From positions 127,053 to 191,052 of the IMG/VR virus record IMGVR_UViG_2617271113_000004: a stretch of 64,000 nt of DNA, one strand, 5' to 3'. Each line of letters starts with the position of its first letter. Position 1 is the first letter of the stretch. Of this stretch, positions 56,432 through 64,000 are shown one piece after another. A program made the position numbers and the translations under genes. The notes under the pieces are model-generated. The model was given only the letters and a program-made list of their open reading frames with translations, was not told the DNA's origin and did not search any database. The stretch comes from a virus. Its lineage: Duplodnaviria > Caudoviricetes.

Positions 56432-57577
56432 ATGACTGAGCCAATTAAAAAAGATATAGAGAAAAAAATACAAGTCTATCAGTCGAATGATTTAGTAGAG
56501 GCAATATATGAGGATGATCTAACGGCAACGGAACACAAAATAATTCGATATGCAGCTGGTAAAATTGTTAAGTCACCGGAACACTTTCCAAATGTCTCCT
56601 TTACCGTATCCGAATTTGTTAATGCTGCAGGATTATCAGGAAATAGTTATTACTCAAGGGTAAACAAAATTGCAGGTGAGCTTACAAAGAAACGAATTAT
56701 GATAAAAACGGAATCAGAAGTTGGGTGGTTCCCCTGGTTTAAAGGTATTGTCTATCGAGGTGGCATGGTACATATTCAGTTTAACGAGGTTATTGAACCC
56801 TATCTAATAAATTTAACTGAGCGTGGACGGTATACCAAATATGATTTTCCTACTATTGGAGAGATGCAAAGTCCTTATACTATTCGCTTGTTTGAACTTT
56901 TACAACAGTATGCCAAGATTGGAAGGCGAACTTTTAAATTGGACAAGTTAAAGGAGCATTTAGGAGTAGGGGATAAATATAAACAGTATGGCCATTTTAA
57001 ATCAAGAGTTTTGCTAAAAGCACAGGAAGAACTCAAAGATATAAATGTACTTACATTTGAATTCGAAGAAGTTAAACATGGTCGAAAAGTAGATCAAATA
57101 GAATTTGATATAAAAATTACTGATACGATACCTATGGACGAGAATGTGAAAGAAGATGAAATTAAAAATTTCCTTAAAGAAGCTCGACCATTACTAAAAG
57201 AATATGGATACGATATTCCTAATCGAGTAATAAAAACTTGGACAATTTATGGAATAGATGAACTAAAATATGTTCTCCAAGATATTTATGCTAAAAATAG
57301 GAGTATATCACGGATAGATGCATACATAACTACAATATTAAAATCTCGAAAAAATGAATTTGAGAAATCAACAAGACATCTAAATGCTGATAATTATTTA
57401 ACCAAAAAGCGTATCATGGAATTTATAGAACAACAAAAAACATCAGAAGTACTCCCTAGTTGGTGGGTTCATAAAAACTTCATTGATCAAATGGAAAGTT
57501 ATGACTATACGGAAGAAGAAGCGACTACAATATGGGAGAAAAACAGTGATCATATTATGCAAGCTACAAAATTATAG
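56432..57577 (+). CDS. Rep_3 family replication initiator
   Basis: QSN.LVEA, LT..E.KI, F...I.PYL..L, S.YTIRL.ELL.Q, FK.RVL..A..EL, GRKV..I.F. Confidence 0.92.
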   Translation: MTEPIKKDIEKKIQVYQSNDLVEAIYEDDLTATEHKIIRYAAGKIVKSPEHFPNVSFTVSEFVNAAGLSGNSYYSRVNKIAGELTKKRIMIKTESEVGWFPWFKGIVYRGGMVHIQFNEVIEPYLINLTERGRYTKYDFPTIGEMQSPYTIRLFELLQQYAKIGRRTFKLDKLKEHLGVGDKYKQYGHFKSRVLLKAQEELKDINVLTFEFEEVKHGRKVDQIEFDIKITDTIPMDENVKEDEIKNFLKEARPLLKEYGYDIPNRVIKTWTIYGIDELKYVLQDIYAKNRSISRIDAYITTILKSRKNEFEKSTRHLNADNYLTKKRIMEFIEQQKTSEVLPSWWVHKNFIDQMESYDYTEEEATTIWEKNSDHIMQATKL

Positions 57578-57601
57578 CAGACAGCTTATCGGCTGTCTGC
57601 T
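57576..57601. terminator. bidirectional hairpin between rep and recombinase
   Basis: AGCAGACAGCT-TATC-GGCTGTCTGCT. Confidence 0.7.
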
Positions 57602-58659
57602 TTATTAATGGATTGTTCTATCTGCTTGTTTGAAATATAAGTATAGATCATTGTTGTTTCCAGATTCGCATGATTTAGAATTGTTTTTAAAGTTGCTAAA
57701 TCTTTATTTACTTTATAGTAATTCGTTGCAAAACTATGTCTTAGTTTATGTAAAGTTAATGAAGATTTTCCGAAAGCATCTGCATAGTGATTAATCATAA
57801 GTTGTGCAGCTCGAACAGTTAAACGATTTGCTAGACCACCATTTCCGGTTTTTCTAGATAAAAAGAAAGCTTTATTACTTCGGCTAACTTTATAACGATC
57901 GTCACGAATTTCTAAATATCTTTTCATATCTTCTGCTGCAACATTACTGAAGGAAACAACATCCCCCGAATCACCTTTACGAGTAATATCTACTTGGTTA
58001 TTATTCCAGTCTATTGTATCTACATTAACACTTAATGCTTCACTGATTCGTAATCCGGATCCAAGCATAAAACTAATTAACGCTAAATCACGTTCCCTGT
58101 TATATAGGTAGGAACTGTGTTTTCTTTTCTGATTCTTTTCCAATAAATAGTTTCCATAATCCTCACGGATAAAGTTTCGAAATGCACTGATTTCATCATC
58201 TAAAAGAATTTTGTTTGCAATCTTTTCTGCTTTTTTCTTATTTGAGAGTTTCTCTTTTCTAATATTTACTTTGACCATTACGTTTCGATGTAAATATGGA
58301 TAACCTTCTTCATCTTCAGCAACTTGTGACAAATAGTGAAAAAGAGAACGCAATGAGTTCAATCTTCTTGCTATAGTATCAACTCGATTATTGTTTCTCA
58401 TGCAATACCTTTCAAAAGATATTATATTTTGCATTGTTAACTTTTCTAAAGTATAAATATCAATTTCTGTCATTGGGCCTGGATGTATTCCTTCATTAAC
58501 TATCCAATCAAAAAATTTATAATAATCCCTAACATAATTATATAGTGTGTTCGCACTTGCATCTATTCGATAATCAATATATTCATTAATGAACCAAGGT
58601 AAGTCATTTAAATGTTTATCTACACGAGTCATAATATTTTGTTTTTGTTCTGGCGTCAT
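57586..58659 (-). CDS. XerS-like tyrosine recombinase
   Basis: GLRISE, RKG, HKLRHSFAT, L.H....T..Y. Confidence 0.93.
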   Translation of the reverse strand: MTPEQKQNIMTRVDKHLNDLPWFINEYIDYRIDASANTLYNYVRDYYKFFDWIVNEGIHPGPMTEIDIYTLEKLTMQNIISFERYCMRNNNRVDTIARRLNSLRSLFHYLSQVAEDEEGYPYLHRNVMVKVNIRKEKLSNKKKAEKIANKILLDDEISAFRNFIREDYGNYLLEKNQKRKHSSYLYNRERDLALISFMLGSGLRISEALSVNVDTIDWNNNQVDITRKGDSGDVVSFSNVAAEDMKRYLEIRDDRYKVSRSNKAFFLSRKTGNGGLANRLTVRAAQLMINHYADAFGKSSLTLHKLRHSFATNYYKVNKDLATLKTILNHANLETTMIYTYISNKQIEQSINKADSR

Positions 58660-58945
58660 TAGTTAACATCTCCTTGAACAAAATCGTATAGTATATATCT
58701 TATCACATTCATCTCTCATAAGTTTAGTGAAAAATCACAGATTGTGTGTCGATTTGAATTTTGCAATGAAATGGAGCAACACCCACAAAAAATAAATTCA
58801 TTTCAACTGACAGCCCTATTTGAAAAATTCTAATAATTATTTCTTAACCTCGAACACACCTCGGACTATTTTTATAAATTACTTGTTATACATTTCTGTG
58901 AAAAATCTACTATATAACAAGTTCAAAGATAGGGAGGGGATAGAT

Positions 58946-59023
58946 ATGATGGATATAGCTGTTAACTTTAATGTAAATTTAGATGTCTTAAGTATGTTAG
59001 TTCTGTTGTTTATTTATAAGTAA
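58946..59023 (+). CDS. possible 25-aa hydrophobic peptide
   Basis: GGGAGGGG RBS; MMDIAVNFNVNLDVLSMLVLLFIYK. Confidence 0.3.
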   Translation: MMDIAVNFNVNLDVLSMLVLLFIYK

Positions 59024-59119
59024 CAGATGAAATTAGAGATGAAAGGGGAGATGCAAATATAAAAACTACGTATAACACTAGGAAAATCATAAATTAAGAA
59101 AGACTATGCAGCTAAGAAG

Positions 59120-59133
59120 AGAACACATGTTCA
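59120..59133. promoter_or_regulatory. LexA (Cheo) box
   Basis: AGAACACATGTTCA. Confidence 0.6.
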
Positions 59134-59153
59134 CTTAGTTGCTTATTTTTCCT

Positions 59154-59187
59154 TAAACTACGTATAAGATTAGTTATACGTAGTTTT
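59154..59187. other. tyrosine-recombinase crossover site, loxP-like 13-8-13
   Basis: TAAACTACGTATA-AGATTAGT-TATACGTAGTTTT; extra half-site at 59062-59075. Confidence 0.75.
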
Positions 59188-59260
59188 CATGAGTTATATA
59201 GTATATATAAAGTATAATAAGATTTATGCCGATAAAAAAGGGGAGAGGAGAGTGATTACT

Positions 59261-60004
59261 ATGTATTTATTTTCTGCCACTGCTACTAACTTTGTAGATA
59301 CTTTTACGTGGCGAGAAATTGTAATGTTAACTTCAGTAGTAGTAACATTAATCATTGGAATTTTTAACTTGATTTTGACATCTAGAAATAAAAGAAAAGA
59401 ACAGTATATAAATGCTGTTACTACTCAACGTGTAAAGTGGATGGCTAAATTGAGGGAATTATCATCCGATTATATTGCACAAACAACTATCCACGATCAC
59501 AAAATTGTACTTGATTATGATTTAGAGGCAAAAACTGTGTATTTAGATCATGTAAATAAATTAAATTCAGAAATAAAGTTGCATTTAAATTATAAAGGAG
59601 AACTTGACCAAAAAATTATCTCTATTATGGATGATATAAGAGATACACTCTTCGAGTATTATGACGTAATCGAGTATATGAAGATGAGTGACGAGGAAAG
59701 AGGAATGAAACTCAAAGAACTGGCTGATAAATCTGTAATTGAAAAAGAACCAGTTATTCAACCAAAATTTTTAGAAAGTCTTTTTACACAAGGTCTTCAT
59801 ATTTATCAAAAGAAGATTGAAGATAACGAGCCCTATGTTACACCTTATAGTGTTCTAGACGATTTATTTAAAGAAAGGTACGGTCTTAGTGGTCAAAGGC
59901 TATTGTTAAATAAGGTAGATAAATTTACTAATTTATTAAGAATCTACTTAAAAGAAGAATGGGAATCTGTAAAACAAGAAGCTGAAAAAGGGAGAATAAA
60001 GTAG
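59261..60004 (+). CDS. hypothetical protein with N-terminal TM helix
   Basis: GAGGAG RBS, hydrophobic segment, R..W...LR motif. Confidence 0.7.
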   Translation: MYLFSATATNFVDTFTWREIVMLTSVVVTLIIGIFNLILTSRNKRKEQYINAVTTQRVKWMAKLRELSSDYIAQTTIHDHKIVLDYDLEAKTVYLDHVNKLNSEIKLHLNYKGELDQKIISIMDDIRDTLFEYYDVIEYMKMSDEERGMKLKELADKSVIEKEPVIQPKFLESLFTQGLHIYQKKIEDNEPYVTPYSVLDDLFKERYGLSGQRLLLNKVDKFTNLLRIYLKEEWESVKQEAEKGRIK

Positions 60005-60090
60005 GAGTGGTTCAATATATTGAGGTATCATCAGTTGAATCAACAATATGTTACAATGGAAATATATACTAAATCACAAGGGGTGTAAAA

Positions 60091-61602
60091 ATGCCAAAGC
60101 ATTTAACACAATATGATATACTAATATCTTGTCCAGGCGATGTTAAACAAGAATTAGAAATTATAGAGAAAGCATTAAAGAAATTTAATGAACAGATAGG
60201 AAAAATTTACAATATTCATTTAAATACAGTACATTGGTCGAAAGACGCATTTCCTCAACTTGGGGGGAAACCTCAATCCCTTCTAAATACACAAATTGTT
60301 AAAGATTCTGACGCAGCTATAGCAGTATTTTGGACTAGATTTGGAACCCCTACTGATGATTACGATTCAGGAACGGAAGAAGAAATTGAGGTCTTAGTTA
60401 ACAGTAATAAGCAAGTTTTCTTATATTTTAGTAATTGTGATGTTAACCCTAAAGAATTTGAACCTGAACAGTATAAGAAAGTGCAAGACTTCAAGGAGAA
60501 ATCTTCTATTATTGGATTGTATAATACTTATGATAGTATAGAGGAATTTGAAGAAAAGCTACTTTCACATTTAGGTCTTTACTTTATAAAAAAAGACGCA
60601 GAAGACAAACAAATAATCAGCATAGATAAAAATCATCTTTCCGTTGTTGGAGTAAGAAATGGTAAAACAAACAAAATTCCTGAACTCTATAAATCAAGTT
60701 TTTTAGCTTGGGAACAATTAGAAGAAACCAAGCAAGATATAATGTCTGACTTTCAAAAAATTAAATCAATAAATCTTGTGTTTTCTGAAGACTTACAATT
60801 AAAAATTAAGAGTGAATTTAGTCTTATTGAAAAAACAACAGTTGTAATAGATGATAAAGTTAAATCTCGAATTAGAGACTTTGCTAAACAATATGATATT
60901 AAGATTAATTCTGGTTTTTTTGACTTAGGAAATCTAGAACAGAAAAAAGAATTATGGGTTCCTCCTACGCCTTATACAACAAATAGATCACAATATAGTT
61001 TAGTTGGTTCAGATGATGAAAAAGATAAATATAACCTAATTATTAAATTGTATAATTCTATATCCTTTTATACTCAATTTAGGGCTTTAACAGAAAAAGT
61101 TGAGTCGAAGTATCGTCTTGAATTAGCAATAGAAAATTCTGGAGAATCTTTTGATGAGGATATTGATGTTAAGCTTTTTATGGAAGAAGGTAAATTTTGT
61201 TTTATTAAAGATATTCCTATACCAGGGGATCAAATTATTGAACATATATACGAAGATTTGCCAAAAACAATACTAGAACCGACTAAATCCGCATCTATTA
61301 AAGAATATGACTATAGTTTTACATTTTCATCTACTACTATCCCAGGCCTGAATCATGGAAAAGATCACTTTATTAACGAATATACTGAGAATCTTGATTC
61401 TTATTATATATATGAGACATTTAATGAAGAAGGAGAAGATATTATTACTTTTAATCAGGGATATCTAAAAGCCAAGGGTAAAGTCCATTTTCCGTCAGTG
61501 TTATTATTTAACGAGATTCCAAATTACATTCGATATGAGATATCCTCTAAACATTCATCTGATATTATCAAGGGAAGTGTAGAATTAGAAGTAAATGAAT
61601 AA
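60091..61602 (+). CDS. DUF4062-like (TIR-like fold) N-terminal domain protein
   Basis: ILISCPGDV..E, PQ..LN, FWTRFGTPT, SGTEEE. Confidence 0.75.
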   Translation: MPKHLTQYDILISCPGDVKQELEIIEKALKKFNEQIGKIYNIHLNTVHWSKDAFPQLGGKPQSLLNTQIVKDSDAAIAVFWTRFGTPTDDYDSGTEEEIEVLVNSNKQVFLYFSNCDVNPKEFEPEQYKKVQDFKEKSSIIGLYNTYDSIEEFEEKLLSHLGLYFIKKDAEDKQIISIDKNHLSVVGVRNGKTNKIPELYKSSFLAWEQLEETKQDIMSDFQKIKSINLVFSEDLQLKIKSEFSLIEKTTVVIDDKVKSRIRDFAKQYDIKINSGFFDLGNLEQKKELWVPPTPYTTNRSQYSLVGSDDEKDKYNLIIKLYNSISFYTQFRALTEKVESKYRLELAIENSGESFDEDIDVKLFMEEGKFCFIKDIPIPGDQIIEHIYEDLPKTILEPTKSASIKEYDYSFTFSSTTIPGLNHGKDHFINEYTENLDSYYIYETFNEEGEDIITFNQGYLKAKGKVHFPSVLLFNEIPNYIRYEISSKHSSDIIKGSVELEVNE

Positions 61603-61723
61603 TGATTTAGACAAAAATGGATTTTTTTGATATATTTAAATTTAAACTTATTCCTTTTGAAAAGGTTGCATATACTAATATCTAAGAGGTGATGTTGGTA
61701 TGTGTAAGAAGGGAGATAAAAAA

Positions 61724-61942
61724 ATGTCTTCAACTACTGCAAGACGTTTTACTAACCCGTCTAAATCTCGATCTGCTAAAAAGGTACGAGAAGATCTTGA
61801 AGAACGCAAATTAAGAGCTATATCAAAATCAATTGATATTTCAAAATTAAAAAATCAAGAAGTGTTACCCGTTGATAAATATGGCAATGTGGAAATTTCT
61901 CCTGATCATCCTCATTATAAATATTGGACGGAGGATGACTAA
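61724..61942 (+). CDS. putative antitoxin
   Basis: GGGAG RBS; small ORF coupled to MazF-like gene. Confidence 0.55.
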   Translation: MSSTTARRFTNPSKSRSAKKVREDLEERKLRAISKSIDISKLKNQEVLPVDKYGNVEISPDHPHYKYWTEDD

Positions 61943-62253
61943 TGAAGCCAGGTTATATATATAAGTTAAATTTTCCTTATGAAGAAAGACAGGGTGCAAA
62001 AAAGCGCCCTGTCTTAATTATTGTAATATCAGATGATAATGACCAAGCTCTTGGTCTAAAAATAACGGGAACTGAAAGATATAATCGCATACCTATAAAA
62101 AATAGTCCTGATTCAGGTTTAGTTAAAGATTCTCACGTGCAAATAGATAGATATCAATTATTTTATAATGTACAAAAAACTGAGATTGGTAGACTGAGTG
62201 CTTATGATTTTAAAAGAGTAGTAAACGCATTTCAAGAATTTCACGATTTGTAA
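61942..62253 (+). CDS. PemK/MazF-like toxin
   Basis: G.IY...FPY....KKRPVLI, KIT, GL...S.V, IG.LS. Confidence 0.82.
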   Translation: MKPGYIYKLNFPYEERQGAKKRPVLIIVISDDNDQALGLKITGTERYNRIPIKNSPDSGLVKDSHVQIDRYQLFYNVQKTEIGRLSAYDFKRVVNAFQEFHDL

Positions 62254-62880
62254 TTGGATTTAAGGATGATGATGAAAAGAACCCCAAGGAGGGTACGTAT
62301 GGATACACAAACTCTAAATAAATTAAATGAAATTACATCTGTTGGTAAATGGAGAGATGTTGAAGGTTATCCTAATTATATGGTAAACACAGATGGCGAG
62401 GTACTAAATAAAACTAATGGTAAAAAATTAACACATCACATTAACAATGGAGGGTATAAGTTTGTTCGTTTAAGAACTAATGGTAAACCTAAACAGCTGT
62501 TAGTTCATCGACTGGTCGCAATAGCATTTATACCTAATCATGATAATAAGCCAATTGTTAACCATAAAGATTCTAATCGAGGTAATCCAAAAAAAAGTAA
62601 TTTAGAATGGGCTACTCATAAAGAGAACTCTGAACATATGGTTGATAATTTTGGTAGTACTAATCAAACTATGACAATTTTGATGGATAAGATGGGGGAT
62701 GAGATATGTATTTTTCCATCCAAAAAACGATGCTTAAAATACATATATAAACAATTTCGCATTAAATATGGATACCATGAGGATGAGGCGATAGTTTGTG
62801 TGGATATAGAACCATACACTGAGTTATCTCCTATATCAAGAGACGGAAGAGTAGCAAGACTATTTAAGCTTAACTTTTAA
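62254..62880 (+). CDS. NUMOD4-HNH endonuclease (start probably 62299)
   Basis: WR.V.GY..Y.V...G.V, VHRLVA.AF, VNHKD.N..N...NLEW.T..EN. Confidence 0.9.
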   Translation: MDLRMMMKRTPRRVRMDTQTLNKLNEITSVGKWRDVEGYPNYMVNTDGEVLNKTNGKKLTHHINNGGYKFVRLRTNGKPKQLLVHRLVAIAFIPNHDNKPIVNHKDSNRGNPKKSNLEWATHKENSEHMVDNFGSTNQTMTILMDKMGDEICIFPSKKRCLKYIYKQFRIKYGYHEDEAIVCVDIEPYTELSPISRDGRVARLFKLNF

Positions 62881-62946
62881 GTAAAAAAAGCTGTTACTAA
62901 ATAACTAATTCTATTTTTTTAATAATCACAATATAACTAAAGTATA

Positions 62947-62973
62947 AAAGGGGAGCTAAATAGCTTCCCTTTA
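62947..62973. terminator. bidirectional terminator
   Basis: AAAGGGGAGCTA-AA-TAGCTTCCCTTT. Confidence 0.65.
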
Positions 62974-63059
62974 TTACTAGGTCAGCAACAACGAAGGAAA
63001 TGAAGAAAACTGGAAAGTACAGTGTCGTAAATAAATAAAAATTAATCATGCTGCTTTAT

Positions 63060-63398
63060 TTAATAATCACATGATCTTTCCTTGCATTCCTCTTTTCTCT
63101 CTGGAAAATCCTTTTTCTCTGCTAAACTATTTACAATATAATTTTCGGGGTCAATACTGACAGAAAATCCAGCCTCACCATTCACTGTTCCACGAATCAT
63201 TAAACCTCCCATAGGATCACTTGTATCATCACTAAATTCAACTTTATTTATATTTTCGTAATTATTTTTCAAGTAACTTTCGACTGTATCTTTAGCTCTA
63301 TCAATAGCTTTTTCATCATAATTTTGGTTAGTTGAATTCACATTACACCCAACAAGTACTATGCTGACAATTATAAAAAGCACAAGATATTTCCACAT
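63060..63398 (-). CDS. DUF1433-like lipoprotein
   Basis: lipobox LVGC, YLKNNY, PMGGLMIRGTVNG. Confidence 0.78.
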   Translation of the reverse strand: MWKYLVLFIIVSIVLVGCNVNSTNQNYDEKAIDRAKDTVESYLKNNYENINKVEFSDDTSDPMGGLMIRGTVNGEAGFSVSIDPENYIVNSLAEKKDFPERKEECKERSCDY

Positions 63399-63415
63399 TC
63401 TGAATACCGTCCTAT

Positions 63416-63775
63416 TTAATAATCACAACTTTTTTCTTTGCATTCTTCTTTCCGTTCAGGGAAATCTTTACCTTTACCAATACTTCCTACATTAAATTGA
63501 TTTTCAGCTTCTATATCAATATCAATGGAAAAATTAGCTTTGTTGTTACCATTCACAGTACCACGAATCATCAATCCCCCCATAGGATTACTATAATCTT
63601 CATTAAATTCTATGGAGTTAATGTTTTTAAAGTTGTTCTTAAGATAACTCTCAGCAGTATTTTTAGCTTTTTTAATAGTTTCATCATCAAAATCACTTTT
63701 ATTAGAGTTCACAATACATCCTCCTAATAGTATAATAAATGCAATAGTAATTATAAAAAAAGTGAATTTTTTCAT
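63416..63775 (-). CDS. DUF1433-like lipoprotein, paralog
   Basis: lipobox LGGC, PMGGLMIRGTVNG, shared KDFPERKEECKE.SCDY tail. Confidence 0.78.
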   Translation of the reverse strand: MKKFTFFIITIAFIILLGGCIVNSNKSDFDDETIKKAKNTAESYLKNNFKNINSIEFNEDYSNPMGGLMIRGTVNGNNKANFSIDIDIEAENQFNVGSIGKGKDFPERKEECKEKSCDY

Positions 63776-63832
63776 GTTATTCACATCCTTAACGACATAA
63801 AAATAAAATATATAGATAAAGGTGGAAAGGTA

Positions 63833-64000
63833 ATGCAAGATCACGTAATAACAGATAAAACTGCTTCTAAAATTTCAGAACAAACTTATGATGAAATTTT
63901 AGAAGTAGAAGTTGAATTTCCTAACAGACTGGAAGTCTGGAAAAACATCGAAACCATCAAAGATAAAGATACCGGCCTTCATGGCTATGTTCTACAGAAC
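63833..64000 (+). CDS. 5' part of a probable lipase-like toxin (runs off window)
   Basis: open frame MQDHVITDK...DKDTGLHGYVLQN. Confidence 0.45.
   Translation, partial: MQDHVITDKTASKISEQTYDEILEVEVEFPNRLEVWKNIETIKDKDTGLHGYVLQN

Noticed and set aside
62254-62880. Intron-encoded homing endonuclease
   Set aside because: Flanking genes look uninterrupted and no group I core elements recognised
4161-63727. Short antisense or nested ORFs in the track (e.g. 4161, 12521, 12738, 13334, 13520, 14083, 15772, 21722, 23242, 25828, 30659, 34707, 49504, 53026, 54570, 61524, 63497)
   Set aside because: Shadows of better-supported genes; no RBS or motifs

Overview
Low-GC (Bacillota, Bacillaceae-like) large plasmid backbone, almost all on the + strand. 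Replicon core near the right end: iteron origin (55748-56354), Rep_3 initiator, XerS-like tyrosine recombinase with a loxP-like 13-8-13 site, type I and type II toxin-antitoxin loci. Left and centre carry a DNA-metabolism kit (RecA, SSB, PcrA/UvrD, DnaG, DnaN, Y-family polymerase under an SOS box, two SNF2-type helicases, Gam-like, resolvase-like and annealase-like proteins), NADAR and macrodomain proteins, a ThiF/E2/ubiquitin-like (PRTRC-type) operon with an ATP-grasp gene, a radical SAM/Ycf46-AAA/DUF1257/DUF2997 operon and phage-like small ORFs. Most notable: the Ubl carries a beta-clamp-binding motif on an element encoding its own clamp and TLS polymerase; an unannotated 120-nt tRNA-like RNA; several catalytically degenerate DNA enzymes; and two dispersed motifs (TGTAATGCATTACA palindrome, GCC-TRTC-GGC mini-hairpin). 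No CRISPR array, virion or conjugation genes seen. All family calls are by-eye motif recognition, not database searches.
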